64,000 nt of DNA from the human T2T-CHM13v2.0 reference genome, Homo sapiens, in the NCBI RefSeq assembly GCF_009914755.1, contig NC_060938.1; one strand, 5' to 3'. Position numbers and translations under genes: made by a program. Each line of letters starts with the position of its first letter. The stretch's first letter is position 1. The notes below the pieces were generated by a model that ran no database searches, had not been told where the DNA came from, and saw only the letters and a program-made list of their open reading frames with translations. Positions 62,552 through 64,000 of the stretch are shown here, in pieces.

Positions 62552-64000
62552 AGGTAGTCCTGAACCAATTAAAAAACAAAGGCATGTTGTAATGTAGTAA
62601 TGGAAATTTCTTGAGGCCAGCTCTTGGGTACAGGGTCCTTAAAGACAGAGAAGAAGAAAAAGAAAAAGAAACATGGAGAACAATATCATCATTCTATCAG
62701 CAGTTAACCTGAGTCTACTTATGCATGATCAAAGACTACAAATATAGTTTAAACAGCATGAAATAATCGCCGGGTTTACAATATGAAATGATTTTTAAAA
62801 GCAAAACCGACAACAATCCTGGTGCCACTATGTTCGGAGACTAAAGACTAATTTTGTGATGCACAGCCAAGCTGAGGTAGTGGTAGGGAAATTAGGGTTA
62901 AGAGGCTAACCTCCCTCCTGGGTTCCCTTTGAAGATTTCTATATTCTGGGGGAGACGGTAATGAAAATATTTTACCACCTCTATTGCAATTAGGTCAGTG
63001 GGCCAAAGAAAAAAGCTGCTCACACCACCACACACCAACGCAATTGCAATCCCAAAGGAGGCAGAAGGGACGGTATTCAGTTCCGTCGGCTGCATCAGAA
63101 AGGCTAAGTCCAAGGGCAGTGAACAAACTTCCTTCAGAACAGGTCTTCCTCTCTAGCCCTGGCATTTTGACAAGAGAGTGAGAGACTAAAAGAAGCAAGT
63201 CTTCCTTTCTTCTTCAGCTTCTCACACCTGAAGAGCACCCACACCAACAAGGAGAAGGAGAAAACCCAAACAAACCATACCCACAGCTTGGAGATGAGGG
63301 CTGGTATTACGAAGATAAAAAGAACAGCCTTTGCATCTAGACTCCCTTGGTAAGAAAAGAAAGCTGTAACTGGTAGGTTCCATCTATTTGGCTGCTCTAT
63401 TGTTGTTTTTCTATTTTCATTTTTAATACTGATGAGGCAAAGGAGTGACGCAGAAAAAATTAGAAGGCAGAAACTTAATAAAACAGCTCTAAACATGACA
63501 GCATTTATGAAAAAGATTAATTACTAGGAGTAAAGAGGCCTGATGCCAGGAATTTATAGGATTGATACAAATATGATGCCCTGCTGGGCTGCTAGGCCCA
63601 TAAAATGCAACCCTAATCTTCAGGCCTATTATTGTTTTTGCAGAAACAACAGGCTTCAGCCATGACAACAAAAGGGTATATAATAGAGTTTCAGTAGGGG
63701 AAAAAGAAATCACTCCAGCCATGGAAAATAAACACCATTAGAGAATATGTTTGTGAACACCTAACCCAGCCTTCCCTTAAAGCACCAGTGTCGACAGAGT
63801 GAAGGTGGCATTGTTGTGTGTTATCTAGAGGACGGAAGGAAAGGAGAGGACCAGTTAGTAAGAAGAAATGAGGCCACTAACGGTTCTGATTGGCAGTGGA
63901 CAGAGAATTTATTCACTTGGGAAATAATCCAGCCACTTTCTTAAATAAAAGAATTGCTCTTGTAAAGGTTGTAGGACAACTTCTGCCTACCCTCACTACT

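Noticed and set aside
62873-62920. TGAGGTAGT resembling the let-7 5' end
   Set aside because: Only 9 nt match, and there is no complementary 3' arm to form a pre-miRNA hairpin.

Overview
This is primate non-coding genomic DNA, most likely human or great ape because AluY copies are present. It is intronic or intergenic, and I could not assign the locus from sequence alone. I found no credible protein-coding exon, RNA gene, processed pseudogene or CRISPR-like array. The long ORFs in the track are almost all translations of Alu, LTR, L1, L2 or low-complexity DNA. The first ~57 kb are dense in transposon fossils: ~36 Alu/FLAM pieces (most with visible target-site duplications, TSDs), an intact MLT2A2 solo LTR, several MLT1 LTRs, L1M, L2, MIR, and the DNA transposons MER1B, MER33, MER45A, MER94 and MER5. 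Between these lie repeat-free, motif-rich islands, and the last ~7 kb are almost free of recognisable transposons. The most interesting observations are: (i) two unexplained short direct 'doublets' (42621/44438 and 44655/47355) that bracket one 250-bp segment; (ii) a chimeric inverted-Alu junction that looks like a microhomology-mediated deletion scar (53009-53315); (iii) a zero-spacer inverted Alu pair (23108-23736); (iv) a 47-bp foreign insertion inside an Alu (7090-7136); (v) the MLT2A2 LTR retaining a DUX4-like site and a splice donor; (vi) candidate SOX-OCT/POU/homeodomain enhancers; and (vii) several well-formed, mostly non-coding candidate exons. No new biological system can be established from the sequence alone. 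Repeat subfamily names come from recalled consensus features and need RepeatMasker/Dfam confirmation; boundaries of old elements are approximate.
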